Virus record (IMG/VR): IMGVR_UViG_3300043077_000173
Span: 1 to 64,000 of that record
DNA from: a virus
Taxonomy: Duplodnaviria; Caudoviricetes
Reading direction: 5' to 3' (one strand)
DNA: 64,000 nucleotides
Notes under the pieces: generated by a model
Databases searched by the model: none
What the model was told of the DNA's origin: nothing
What the model saw: only the letters and a program-made list of their open reading frames with translations
Shown: in pieces, positions 10,401 through 18,979 of the stretch
Position numbering within the stretch: the first letter of the stretch is position 1
Layout of the letters: each line of letters begins with the position of its first letter
Made by a program: the position numbers and the translations under genes

Positions 10401-10671
10401 AGTATCTATCGGAAAATTCATCATCATTATATGCTCTTAAAGTAAACCCACAAGTTTTTGGAGCATCTACTTCTTTGGCAACTCCTTCAAAACCATAGCA
10501 ATATCCTGTGTAAACAGGAACTAAAGAAACACCATTTGGTAATTCACCGGAAATTACCTCGACTTTAACGTCATACTGTTGTTTTAAAAATACTTGAACG
10601 CCATCCTTTATAGATGTACCTTCTTCAACAATGGTCAATAGACCCGATGGTGTTTCCCATTTAATAGCCAT
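7423..10671 (-). CDS. putative virion protein: Ig-like repeats, Pro/Glu linker, BspA-type leucine-rich repeats
   Basis: Four SG.LP.GL.L..G.I.G Ig-like repeats, about 110-aa PEPEPD linker, about 15 FxGCTGLTxVSFPxLxxIG repeats, C-cap ..FGAENATIYFDL. Confidence 0.8.
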   Translation of the reverse strand: MAIKWETPSGLLTIVEEGTSIKDGVQVFLKQQYDVKVEVISGELPNGVSLVPVYTGYCYGFEGVAKEVDAPKTCGFTLRAYNDDEFSDRYFEIKVSNNLPHFDDSVSDYLQLVESQYFNNQYTLKDNDESDQIVKVSGALPAGLMLNDYGLLYGTLDKVEEDTEYHFTLGIKRDGVIVETKEITAVVTKIPEGSSPIWVTEEGLIGQIDYRDTSTLFVKAYDPNDYSGETLVYDIVGGHLPKGLSLENRTGRITGVLQSDETADYYVTISVTNDYDTVERSFEISANVLKESEEISWASSENLGSVKVGDQCYIQILTNSQYNVSYILSDGNLPAGLEFDNGIITGEVEYQDYKDFSFIVEASNGYKTISRVFTISVEKGLGQNALECYLYMNIENNDEYANLLAALDKSSAYESNNSLYSIPNRPVINLCKLQCFDKTLLKDILCYNAPLNILWDKTYRKEFIQDGDVLYQAFYKGLKEYNSEDIVEAYEYNNDDIVYVETPDEPDEPETPIEPVEPETPDEPEIPWEPDYTDPDPEPDPEPEVPDVPDPEPEPDPEPEPEPEIPDIEEPDVPEPDPEPEPEPDPEVPEIPDIEEPEVTEPEEPEVDEDEYIYTIYQYASYVRENRKLPPARINKVETVGYTDLTNAFLNQNDITGEVVFPALTSVGSSGLSNAFSGCTGLTGSVSFPKLTSIGMQGFYNAFYSCIGLTSVSFDSLTYVGDQSLQVTFSGCTGLKTVSFPALETITGGSGLADIFKGCTGLTSVSFPKLNSIGNQGLTYAFEKCTGLTSVSFPALTNIGHYGLRYAFYDCTALTDVSFPVLKSVNGFERAFYGCTSLTNVVFPSAEIVEESGFNESFSGCTGLKDISFPVLKSIESSGIGDTFSDSKNIENVSFPMLEKVEKQGLYQAFIGNTSMESVTFPSLLTIGNSSLYQIFKNCTALTDVSFPSLTNIDSNGLEQAFINCKCLTSASFPALTSIGSKGLSYAFVGCTGLTGSVLFSALTSIGENGLDSAFYNCTGLTGSVSFPALTSVDISGLQHAFQHCPKIKEIHFRADMEETIKALADYDTQFGAENATIYFDL
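8856..9170 (-). repeat. low-complexity Pro/Glu/Asp tandem repeat linker
   Basis: Repeated tctggttcagg-type units encoding PEPDPEPEPE. Confidence 0.9.
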
Positions 10672-10681
10672 GTTTTATTTC

Positions 10682-11296
10682 CTAAAATCTTCCAGTAGCA
10701 ATAATTTTTTTGATCTCGTCTTCCATATCTGGTGCAATAGCACATTGACATTCTTCACCACCACAACAAGGACCTTCGTGATGATGTTCACAGCCTTCTC
10801 CGTGATGATGATCGCAACCTTCTCCATGATGATGTTCGTGAGGACAGCCACATTCATCTGGGCATTCTTCATCACCATATACTGTCGAAATTTCAATGGT
10901 TTGAGGTTCTGCACCAACGGTTGTATTCAAAAGATTTGATAAATCAATGCTATTAAAGCATGTAGAGTTAACTGGTCCTGATTGATATTGTAGATAGCCT
11001 TGGGTAACTTCTTCAGGAGCATTTCCGCCACATTCAGCACCACATTGACATTCTTCACCATCAAAATGTTCGTGTGGAACATCTGCTACCAAACAATCAT
11101 AACAATCAATGGTTAAAGGATTTACACCATCGTTGAAGGAAATCAATTTTTCCATAACTTTATGAAGATCTACGTCAGACTTTGACTCATCTTTTGACCA
11201 TTCTAATAATCTCAAAAATAACGAAAACGAAATAAGGATATTCTTCTCACTTTCAGACTTTGTTAATAATGAATTAGTGATATTTTCTTCAAACAT
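10682..11296 (-). CDS. conserved phage protein with His/Cys-rich C-terminal tail
   Basis: LFLRLLE...DVDLH..E N-domain; HHHGEGC repeats; TATAAATA upstream. Confidence 0.7.
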   Translation of the reverse strand: MFEENITNSLLTKSESEKNILISFSLFLRLLEWSKDESKSDVDLHKVMEKLISFNDGVNPLTIDCYDCLVADVPHEHFDGEECQCGAECGGNAPEEVTQGYLQYQSGPVNSTCFNSIDLSNLLNTTVGAEPQTIEISTVYGDEECPDECGCPHEHHHGEGCDHHHGEGCEHHHEGPCCGGEECQCAIAPDMEDEIKKIIATGRF

Positions 11297-11326
11297 TTAT
11301 TAAAACCTCTTCGAAAATTATATCAT

Positions 11327-11334
11327 TATTTATA
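11327..11334 (-). promoter_or_regulatory. T4-type late promoter for the His-rich and Ig-LRR genes
   Basis: Exact TATAAATA just past the groEL terminator. Confidence 0.7.
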
Positions 11335-11340
11335 CAAAAA

Positions 11341-11360
11341 GAAGCCCAATATTGGGCTTC
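11341..11360 (-). terminator. intrinsic terminator after groEL
   Basis: Perfect palindrome GAAGCCCAATATTGGGCTTC followed by a T5 run on the - strand. Confidence 0.75.
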
Positions 11361-11383
11361 TTCTTTCAGGAGATAACATTGGA

Positions 11384-13009
11384 TTACATTTGAGGCTGTT
11401 TATTAAACATCTCCATCATTTTAGCATTTGCTTCAAGATCATCAATGACCAACCCCTCTACGGTCAACAATGAACCAGCAACTGAAGCTCCGTTTTCTAA
11501 TGCACAGCGAAGAACTTTTGTGGCATCAAGAATACCAGCCTCCATCAAATCACAATATTCATCATTACGAACATCATAACCATAGGTGAATGAAGGATTC
11601 TCCAAAACTTTTTCATAAACAACTTCACCAGATTTACCAGCATTGTTTACGATGGCTAATAGCTGTGATTTGGTAGCTTTCTTAACAATTTCTACACCAC
11701 TGTAGAAGTCGTCTGTTTCACCTTCAGCTGTTTTCAACGATGGAGCAAGCTTGATCAAAGAAACACCACCACCAGGCAAGACACCTTCTTCAAGAGCAGC
11801 ACGAACAGCACAACATGCATCATCTACACGATCTTTCTTTTCTTTGACCTCTACTTCAGTAGCACCGCCTACTTTAATAACAGCAACACCATTAGACAAA
11901 CGAGCAATACGTTCACGAACCTTCTCTTTGTCGTATGTTGACTCTGTATTTTCGAGTTCGACTTTCAATTGTTCAATACGCTCAGCAATAGCTTCTTTCG
12001 AACCAGCACCACCGATAATCGTTGTTTCTGTAGCAGATACTTTGATTCGTTCACAAGTACCTAAATCTTCCAGCTTGATGTTCTCGGCTTCAGATCCCAA
12101 TTGTGCAGAAGAGAATACACCACCTGTCAGCAAAGCAATGTCTTCCATATACTGCTTACGATAAGAACCAAATGACGGAGCTTTTGTAGCACAACACTTT
12201 AAGAACCCTTTAACAGTATTGATAGCCATCATTGCCAAAGGCTCTGAATCAACTTCATCAGCAATGATCAAGATTGGACGATTAGTTTTTACAACCTGTT
12301 CCAATAATGGAGCAATGGACTGAATGGTATTGATTTTACCATCATACATGTAAATAAACGGATTATCAAACTCAACTGTCTGTTTTTCAATGTTTGTCTG
12401 GAAATATGGTGATAGATAACCTTGGTCATACTGTAAACCATCAACGATTTCAAGCTCTGTGTTCAAACCTCTTGCTTCTTCAACGGTAATAACACCATCA
12501 CGACCAATCTTATCAACTGCTTTGGCAATCAATTTACCAATCTCTTTATCGCCATTAGCAGAAATATTAGCTACCTGTTCAACTTCATCAGAGGTTTCAA
12601 TAACTTTTGAATGCTCTTTCAAACCTTTTACCAATTCATTTACGGCATAGTCAATACCACGCTTAATATCTGTTGAACGGCGACCTTTGCTAATGTTCTT
12701 CATACCTTCTTCTGCAATTGCTTTGGCAATAATGCATGTATTCGTCGTACCATCACCAGCCTGCTTATTTGTCTTTTCGCTAGCACTAACAAGCATCTTA
12801 GCACCTTCACCTTCAGGACCAGACAATGTCAATGACTTAACCATTGTATAGCCGTCTTTTGTCAACTTGGTTGTGCCCCAATCCTGCTGAATAGCAATGT
12901 TCCGACCACTCGGACCAGCCGTAGCTGCAACTGCTTCTGTAACTGCTGCCAAGCCGTCATACATACGCTGTCTTGCTTCTTCACCTTTTAATAGTTTCTT
13001 AATTTGCAT
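11384..13009 (-). CDS. groEL: chaperonin GroEL
   Basis: GPSGRN, TKDG, AGDGTT, ISANGD, VGGATEVEVKEKKDRVDDA, GVLPGGG. Confidence 0.98.
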   Translation of the reverse strand: MQIKKLLKGEEARQRMYDGLAAVTEAVAATAGPSGRNIAIQQDWGTTKLTKDGYTMVKSLTLSGPEGEGAKMLVSASEKTNKQAGDGTTNTCIIAKAIAEEGMKNISKGRRSTDIKRGIDYAVNELVKGLKEHSKVIETSDEVEQVANISANGDKEIGKLIAKAVDKIGRDGVITVEEARGLNTELEIVDGLQYDQGYLSPYFQTNIEKQTVEFDNPFIYMYDGKINTIQSIAPLLEQVVKTNRPILIIADEVDSEPLAMMAINTVKGFLKCCATKAPSFGSYRKQYMEDIALLTGGVFSSAQLGSEAENIKLEDLGTCERIKVSATETTIIGGAGSKEAIAERIEQLKVELENTESTYDKEKVRERIARLSNGVAVIKVGGATEVEVKEKKDRVDDACCAVRAALEEGVLPGGGVSLIKLAPSLKTAEGETDDFYSGVEIVKKATKSQLLAIVNNAGKSGEVVYEKVLENPSFTYGYDVRNDEYCDLMEAGILDATKVLRCALENGASVAGSLLTVEGLVIDDLEANAKMMEMFNKQPQM

Positions 13010-13095
13010 AATTTTGTTTCTCCTAAAATTTTCTAATCTCTTTAATAGTAATCTTAATCATCAAGATTTGTCAAAAATATTTTTGTCAATGATTT

Positions 13096-13125
13096 TTCCA
13101 GAAAAAAGCATATGTTTTTCTGGAA
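13096..13125 (-). terminator. hairpin between groES and groEL
   Basis: TTCCAGAAAAA-N8-TTTTTCTGGAA; TTGACA boxes lie between it and groEL. Confidence 0.5.
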
Positions 13126-13136
13126 TTTTTTACCAA

Positions 13137-13517
13137 TTATTTAAGGATTCCCAAGATGTTAGACTGTTTAAGCATGGTTTTCTCTTTTCCAGAAATTTTA
13201 ACAGTAACACCTGTAAGTTTTGGAAATAAAACTCGATCGCCAACAGATACATACATCGGTGTCAAAACACCAGTCTGCTCACAAATAGCTCCAGTACCAA
13301 CAGCAACAACCGTTCCAGTTGAAGGTTTTTCAGTAGAATTTTCAGGTAAAACCAATCCACCAGCGGTTGTTTTATTTTCTTCATCTTTTTCGATAATGAC
13401 ATAGTCAAACATTGGGGTAATGGTATCAAAGCCTTTATAAACGATTTTATATCCATCGTCTGAAGGCTCTAAAACCATTGATTTAGATTCTTCATCAATT
13501 GTATAAGATGCTTTCAT
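13137..13517 (-). CDS. groES: co-chaperonin GroES (N-terminally extended)
   Basis: PMFDYVII, TTAGGLVLP, EKPSTGTVVAVGTG, VSVGDRVLF, ILGIL. Confidence 0.95.
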   Translation of the reverse strand: MKASYTIDEESKSMVLEPSDDGYKIVYKGFDTITPMFDYVIIEKDEENKTTAGGLVLPENSTEKPSTGTVVAVGTGAICEQTGVLTPMYVSVGDRVLFPKLTGVTVKISGKEKTMLKQSNILGILK

Positions 13518-13580
13518 TAAATTATCTCCATTATTTTTATTTCAAGCCTTACTATAGCCTTAATAATGAAGATTGTCAAA

Positions 13581-15176
13581 TTATTTTTGTAAAATTTGTG
13601 TAAGCAGTTGATTACGTTGTTGTTCAGGTATTTTTCTATTTGTTTTCAACATTTTAACAGCAGTGCTTTTCATTAAATCATTTGCCGTAAATACTGACAA
13701 AACGAATCTATCAAGATACCCTAAACCATTCTTATTATCTTCCATTTTTTCAGAATATATACGCAATACAACACTTATGATATATTCCGCCCATTTAGCA
13801 TTATGAACGTATGGAGCTAATTTAAGAGGAAGAGATGAGGAATAAAGAGGAGCATAAAATGCTTCAAAACTTCGTAAGCTGTCTTGATACTGATTAAAAA
13901 ATTGAATAACTCCCTTGTTTGAACGATTATCACCATATCCAAAAAATCTGGCAATCACATCAATCTGATCATCTTCTAGAAGATATTTGAAGAACACAAC
14001 AGATTCTTCCTCATTTAATGGAGTAAATATTGCATAAAGTAATTTAAGATCCTGTAACAAATCGCTTTCTAGTTGAATATACTCGTCTTGATGGTTGCCA
14101 TCAAATAGTTTCCTTCCAAGGTTTATAAAAAAAGGCTGATAATCATCTTTCTCTACAATATTGCTCAAAGTTTCACAATATTCCGAAACAACCTTTAATA
14201 GCTTATTATTTCCCTTAGTCCTTTCCCTATAGCATTTATTAGCAAGATTTAATAAAAACGTCGGATCACCATTTTTAAAATCCTTTACAACTCTTCCTTT
14301 TATAGAGTTTTCACTATATGAGTTAAAGTCTGAAATCAACTCGTTTGGCTCATAGTGTTCACCGTAAATGATTTTGAAAAAATTATCTTTGGTCATACCG
14401 TTGATTTCATTATCGCTTAAAGCATTACTCATCCATCTGACAAGCTCATATAAAAGCTTAAAAAATTCATAAACCGTTGATTTATTGTAATCATCCATGA
14501 AATCTCTTGGTCCTCTCCATTCAAGTGTTCCTTGTGGATGTATACGGATTAAACGATATTTGGTACTATTCATAAGATCAATGATGTCTTGAATCTGGCT
14601 GTTTTTAATGCATTTCCCAATCTTTTTCAAATACTCAACAGAAGCATACTCATCATTAAAGAAATCAAAGTTTTTGAAATGAGTGATCTTCTTAATCATT
14701 TTATTATCAAGAGATAATTTAGAAATAATCCATATAACATCTTGATCATTGATATCAGGAAATGATAAATGAACATGAAATCCACAGCTATCATTCGTAT
14801 AAAAATCATAGTTGTGTAAAGTGTCTAAACCGTTTATGCATTTTTTGAGATTGGCTGGCGTGAACTCCATTACAGGTGTTGCCCATTCAAAAGGATATTC
14901 GTCATTTTCGGTTATATGGATTGATCCGTCGCTCTTTATATCAAGCTCATCATTATCCGTATAGTCAAAAGCGTCTTTTATATCCTTTTCGATAATATAG
15001 CTGGCTAATTCTTCGTCGTTGTCTGGATCGACTTCAGCATCATCCATATACCAGCTAAACTTTTCGTCAGTGATTTTAGCATATGCCTCTAACTCAAAGC
15101 CGAACTTAAATTGCGAAGCCAGATATTTTTCAAGCAACAGTTGTTCATTCAACACTTTAACCATTGATATCTCCAA
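13581..15176 (-). CDS. putative amidoligase (COOH-NH2 ligase)
   Basis: FKFGFELE, DGSI, E..TP, NDSCGFHVHLS, GTLEWR motifs; late-type box at 15191-15196. Confidence 0.8.
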   Translation of the reverse strand: MEISMVKVLNEQLLLEKYLASQFKFGFELEAYAKITDEKFSWYMDDAEVDPDNDEELASYIIEKDIKDAFDYTDNDELDIKSDGSIHITENDEYPFEWATPVMEFTPANLKKCINGLDTLHNYDFYTNDSCGFHVHLSFPDINDQDVIWIISKLSLDNKMIKKITHFKNFDFFNDEYASVEYLKKIGKCIKNSQIQDIIDLMNSTKYRLIRIHPQGTLEWRGPRDFMDDYNKSTVYEFFKLLYELVRWMSNALSDNEINGMTKDNFFKIIYGEHYEPNELISDFNSYSENSIKGRVVKDFKNGDPTFLLNLANKCYRERTKGNNKLLKVVSEYCETLSNIVEKDDYQPFFINLGRKLFDGNHQDEYIQLESDLLQDLKLLYAIFTPLNEEESVVFFKYLLEDDQIDVIARFFGYGDNRSNKGVIQFFNQYQDSLRSFEAFYAPLYSSSLPLKLAPYVHNAKWAEYIISVVLRIYSEKMEDNKNGLGYLDRFVLSVFTANDLMKSTAVKMLKTNRKIPEQQRNQLLTQILQK

Positions 15177-15235
15177 AAATTGTCTGTTAATATTTATGGC
15201 TTCGCTGCAAGGATTTATGAAAAGAATTGCTCCGC

Positions 15236-15514
15236 TCAGTCTTCTTGTTCAATTGATTCATCAAACTCGTCCCAGCTGTTAGAGTTTAGCCAACAATTTA
15301 TTAAAGACTTGTCTAATTCTTCATGGTCAACCTTTGAAGGAAGGATTTCCAAAGCATTTAATAAAATCTTTGATTTATTGTGTTCCTGTAATACTTTACG
15401 ATTCTGTACAAGGTTGAATTCTTTAATATCACAGTCATAATCATTTAAGCCGATAATTACTTCCATATTGTCAGAAAAATGGCTTAAAACTTCTCGTAAA
15501 TCTTTTACTTTCAT
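15236..15514 (-). CDS. hypothetical protein
   Basis: MKVKDLREVL..F.DNMEVII start typical of small phage proteins; GAGG RBS and sigma70-type promoter. Confidence 0.65.
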   Translation of the reverse strand: MKVKDLREVLSHFSDNMEVIIGLNDYDCDIKEFNLVQNRKVLQEHNKSKILLNALEILPSKVDHEELDKSLINCWLNSNSWDEFDESIEQED

Positions 15515-15651
15515 CGCTTTTAAATCCTCTCAACAAATGTTTTTCTGTCAAGCATTTATATCTGCTATGCTTTACCTTATAACATCTACTTAAAGGATTG
15601 TCAAGCGTTTTTTGTAAATAATCATAGCAACATTTTATCAAGGATTTTCAA

Positions 15652-16197
15652 ATGGGTATCTTATTAGCAATGTGGAGAAGAATGTTTGGGGGAGCATCTT
15701 CTAAGTACAAAATTTTTACAAAACGTGGTTTTCAAGCAGCATTCTTAATGCTTTTAATCTTTCTTTACAGATTCTTTGTATCATCAAATAGTTGGTATAT
15801 AGCTTTAGCAATAGCTGTTTGGACATACGTTTATTTCTCCAAAGGTCATTACTACTATTTCTTATGTGGTACAGAGTCGGATGAATATATCGATGAGCAA
15901 GAAGCCAAAGGCAGAAAGCCTGCAATGAACTGGATTGTTGAGCCTCTTAATAAAAAGCTTGGCTTTGCTCCTCGTTCTAAACAATACTGCTTTATCGGTA
16001 TGCTTGTTCGCTATGTTTCTTATTCAATACCTTTATCGTTAATGGCTGGTAGTCAAGTGTTCTTCGCCGCTCTACTCATTCCGTTCATCTATAATGCATG
16101 CTTCTGGATCGAATTTCCTACAGCTTGGAAGATGAATTCCCCAACAAACTGGGCTGAATTCTTTGCTGGATTGGTAATCGGCTGGAGTCTTATGTAA
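15652..16197 (+). CDS. multi-pass membrane protein
   Basis: Several hydrophobic helices; AAGGA RBS; TAAATA at 15615-15620; terminator downstream. Confidence 0.75.
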   Translation: MGILLAMWRRMFGGASSKYKIFTKRGFQAAFLMLLIFLYRFFVSSNSWYIALAIAVWTYVYFSKGHYYYFLCGTESDEYIDEQEAKGRKPAMNWIVEPLNKKLGFAPRSKQYCFIGMLVRYVSYSIPLSLMAGSQVFFAALLIPFIYNACFWIEFPTAWKMNSPTNWAEFFAGLVIGWSLM

Positions 16198-16203
16198 ATT
16201 ATT

Positions 16204-16225
16204 AAGCCCCTGTTTTAAGGGGCTT
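16204..16225. terminator. terminator between convergent genes
   Basis: AAGCCCCT-N6-AGGGGCTT plus T tract. Confidence 0.8.
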
Positions 16226-16230
16226 TTTTA

Positions 16231-16455
16231 TTACTCAACTGCTTCAACAACACCATCTCGTGTGTTATACATCGTGTAAGAACATAACTCTCTGCATTCA
16301 TCATTCTTAGATGATTCGATGTCAATTTCAAGAGCTGTCATTTTCTTTCGTTCGGCAAATTTTTCACGAATCTTTTGAAAAGCTACTTCTTTGCTGTTAA
16401 ATGTTCCATAATATTCTTCTGTTTCACGAGAAATCAAAACGTAAATAAGCTTCAT
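16231..16455 (-). CDS. hypothetical protein
   Basis: 74-aa ORF with TTGACT-N16-TATAAT promoter. Confidence 0.65.
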   Translation of the reverse strand: MKLIYVLISRETEEYYGTFNSKEVAFQKIREKFAERKKMTALEIDIESSKNDECRELCSYTMYNTRDGVVEAVE

Positions 16456-16525
16456 ATCATTACCCTTTCATTGTTGTTGATAATGATATTATAGTCATTA
16501 TTCATAAAAAGTCAAGCAAAAAAAT

Positions 16526-16545
16526 AACCCCTGAAATCAGGGGTT
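16526..16545 (-). terminator. intrinsic terminator
   Basis: AACCCCTGA-AA-TCAGGGGTT with T tract on the - strand, just after the 604-aa gene. Confidence 0.8.
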
Positions 16546-16551
16546 TATTCA

Positions 16552-18366
16552 TTAAGACCATTTTACATGCCAATGGAATGTTTCACCATCATCATTTGAT
16601 ACCCTTGAAATCGTATACTGTTTAGTATTTTCAAAGTATTCAATAACTTGTTCCATCTCGTCTTGCATAACATCGTTTTCCAAAGTTTGCTTCCATACTT
16701 GATAATACTTTTTAGACAACGATGGTGTAACCATTTGGAAATCAATCGTTGGTAATTCATCGGTATAATTATCACCACCATAGACTAGCACAACATCTGA
16801 TACACGATCATTTAGAGTTCCAGCATTTGCTACAGCATTCCCGTTGCTAAACGAAACCGTTGGTACATAGATATAGCCATCACCTTTCTTATCAAGAACA
16901 ATGCTCTTAACAGTCCAAGTAAAGATAGCTTGTTGTGGAATATCACCTAATAGATACTTGTTTAAATCCCATACTTTCTCAACTTTTGTCCAGTGTCCGT
17001 TAGGATAGATCTCATTAGCCTTCATCTTGACATAGGCAGAACCAACTTCAATCTCTCCATTGTATGTGATAACATCATGTTCTCTACCAAATGTATCATC
17101 AAGGTATAATGAATCAAAACGATATTCTTTTCCAACCTCTACCCAAGCACCGTTTATCTTAGCCTTGTATGAATTGTTTGGATAAATGAATAGGTCTAAA
17201 TCATCTCCATACTCATTGCTTGGAAGATCTTTCCAATCTTCTTCAACAAGAATGTCTTTCCACGTTTTACTACAACACTTGTAGATAACACGAGCAACAA
17301 CTTTTTTAACACTACCATCGGTATTTCTAAATACTTGATTATACTTAACAATATCACCAATTTCATAATCGAATACCCTTGGACGATAAGCATCACCAAG
17401 CTCATAGATGTGCTTAACTTTAGCCCAACCACAAGCTGTTTTTACATAGCTGTTTCCAAAAACATTGTAGCAAACAGTCCCTTCAATGCCATAATCCATT
17501 GGTAGTCTAAAGTTTTCATAAGAATGCACTTGCTTTCTTGCAACCCATACATCATCAAGCTTGATGTAAATGTTGCTACCTGAAATCGTATAGACATCAC
17601 CCATTTCACCAAATGATGAAGCTGGTAAAGAGCCTAGCTTATAGATATCAGCAGTAGATTGCCAAGTGTTTAACGGAACATCATCACACATCAAGTCTGA
17701 CGTGTCTTTTACATAAACGGCTCCATCTCTTGCAATACGAAGATCGGAAATCTGTCCATAGTCAGAGTATAGGTCAAGCCAATTATCAAGATCTTTGTAA
17801 ATCAACTCAGCGGTGTTAAAAATCTTATCCTCAATCTCCCCTCTTGATATTATCTCAACATCAAGTATACAGCCGTGATCGTCAACTTCTGTAACCTTTA
17901 TCTCAATAGGATTTGCGTCATTACGCCCAGCGACAACAAGAACTTCACCAACACGAAAGTTTCCAGACTTCTGAATCGTTGGATCAGCATAACCGGTTGC
18001 AATATAGTTGTCAGGAATAAAATCAGGTGCATATCCACAGAAAACCTCATCATCAACTACTTGTTGTGCATTACCGCCATCGATTAACAATTCATTGTTT
18101 TCGTTTCCATCACCATTATTTGATAGATAGGTATCAAGATAAGGAATCGTAACTGTATCAAGCTCCATAATGCAATGAGCTTCAGCTTCTTTGATTGGCT
18201 CGGCATAATCCCGTGTATCAGTCATGACAGTATCAGTAACATCACATTCAAACAAGTTATCATCAACGCTTTCAGCAACAGTTGCTTCTATAGCATTGAT
18301 TTCCTTAATTATTCTTGTTTTATTTCTGGCATATACTTTAGCCGAACTACCATCATAAAATTCCAT
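16552..18366 (-). CDS. putative virion structural protein
   Basis: 604 aa; beta-rich degenerate repeats (YxKxxxxW; GxGY..P.V.F); late-type box at 18396-18401. Confidence 0.6.
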   Translation of the reverse strand: MEFYDGSSAKVYARNKTRIIKEINAIEATVAESVDDNLFECDVTDTVMTDTRDYAEPIKEAEAHCIMELDTVTIPYLDTYLSNNGDGNENNELLIDGGNAQQVVDDEVFCGYAPDFIPDNYIATGYADPTIQKSGNFRVGEVLVVAGRNDANPIEIKVTEVDDHGCILDVEIISRGEIEDKIFNTAELIYKDLDNWLDLYSDYGQISDLRIARDGAVYVKDTSDLMCDDVPLNTWQSTADIYKLGSLPASSFGEMGDVYTISGSNIYIKLDDVWVARKQVHSYENFRLPMDYGIEGTVCYNVFGNSYVKTACGWAKVKHIYELGDAYRPRVFDYEIGDIVKYNQVFRNTDGSVKKVVARVIYKCCSKTWKDILVEEDWKDLPSNEYGDDLDLFIYPNNSYKAKINGAWVEVGKEYRFDSLYLDDTFGREHDVITYNGEIEVGSAYVKMKANEIYPNGHWTKVEKVWDLNKYLLGDIPQQAIFTWTVKSIVLDKKGDGYIYVPTVSFSNGNAVANAGTLNDRVSDVVLVYGGDNYTDELPTIDFQMVTPSLSKKYYQVWKQTLENDVMQDEMEQVIEYFENTKQYTISRVSNDDGETFHWHVKWS

Positions 18367-18413
18367 AGTATTCCCTCATTCGTGTATTATACTACTATTT
18401 ATGATAAAAAGAA

Positions 18414-18435
18414 AGCCGAGCTATTAAACTCGGCT
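18414..18435 (-). terminator. intrinsic terminator
   Basis: AGCCGAG-N8-CTCGGCT followed by T-rich tract on the - strand. Confidence 0.7.
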
Positions 18436-18442
18436 GTATCTT

Positions 18443-18979
18443 TTATAAAGCTTTTGCAGGAATATCTACAAAAAATGGTTCGCCTTTAACCTTACACTGA
18501 ATATAAGATTCTTCTACAGTTTTATGAGGGCATAGTTTAGTAATAATATATGTACTGTCAGCTTTTTTAGCACCCATATGCTTGAAATAGTCTTTATCAG
18601 ATTCTTTTAGTAAAATCTTTTTAGCAGAAAGTTCATCACCAACTTTTAAGCCTTCAAAGATTTTAGCAACTTTTCCAAACTCTTTTGCTTCACTTGTTAA
18701 ATTGTCATACGCTTGATCTTCAGCGTTCGCTTTAATATCATCTTCAACAGCTGAAGCTTCTTCTTGCTTACCGAGTGTAATAGTATCTCCATCTAAGCTG
18801 GCAACAGAACCGTTATCAGACAAGATTTCAGCAAGATTGGCTTCATCCATCTGTACACCAAACTCTCTATTAATGAATAGTACCAGCTTTGCAAGTGATA
18901 CACTCTTAACACCTTTTGATGTAAGAATCATCAATAAGCTTTGAATGTTATTAACAATTCTTCCCTCAATATTGTCCAT
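18443..18979 (-). CDS. hypothetical (probable head-associated) protein
   Basis: 178-aa ORF coupled to the upstream gene in a late unit. Confidence 0.6.
   Translation of the reverse strand: MDNIEGRIVNNIQSLLMILTSKGVKSVSLAKLVLFINREFGVQMDEANLAEILSDNGSVASLDGDTITLGKQEEASAVEDDIKANAEDQAYDNLTSEAKEFGKVAKIFEGLKVGDELSAKKILLKESDKDYFKHMGAKKADSTYIITKLCPHKTVEESYIQCKVKGEPFFVDIPAKAL

Noticed and set aside
11751-13404. + strand ORFs within groEL/groES
   Set aside because: Antisense shadows arising from codon bias
13010-13580. CIRCE operator at groESL
   Set aside because: TTAGCACTC-N9-GAGTGCTAA is not present
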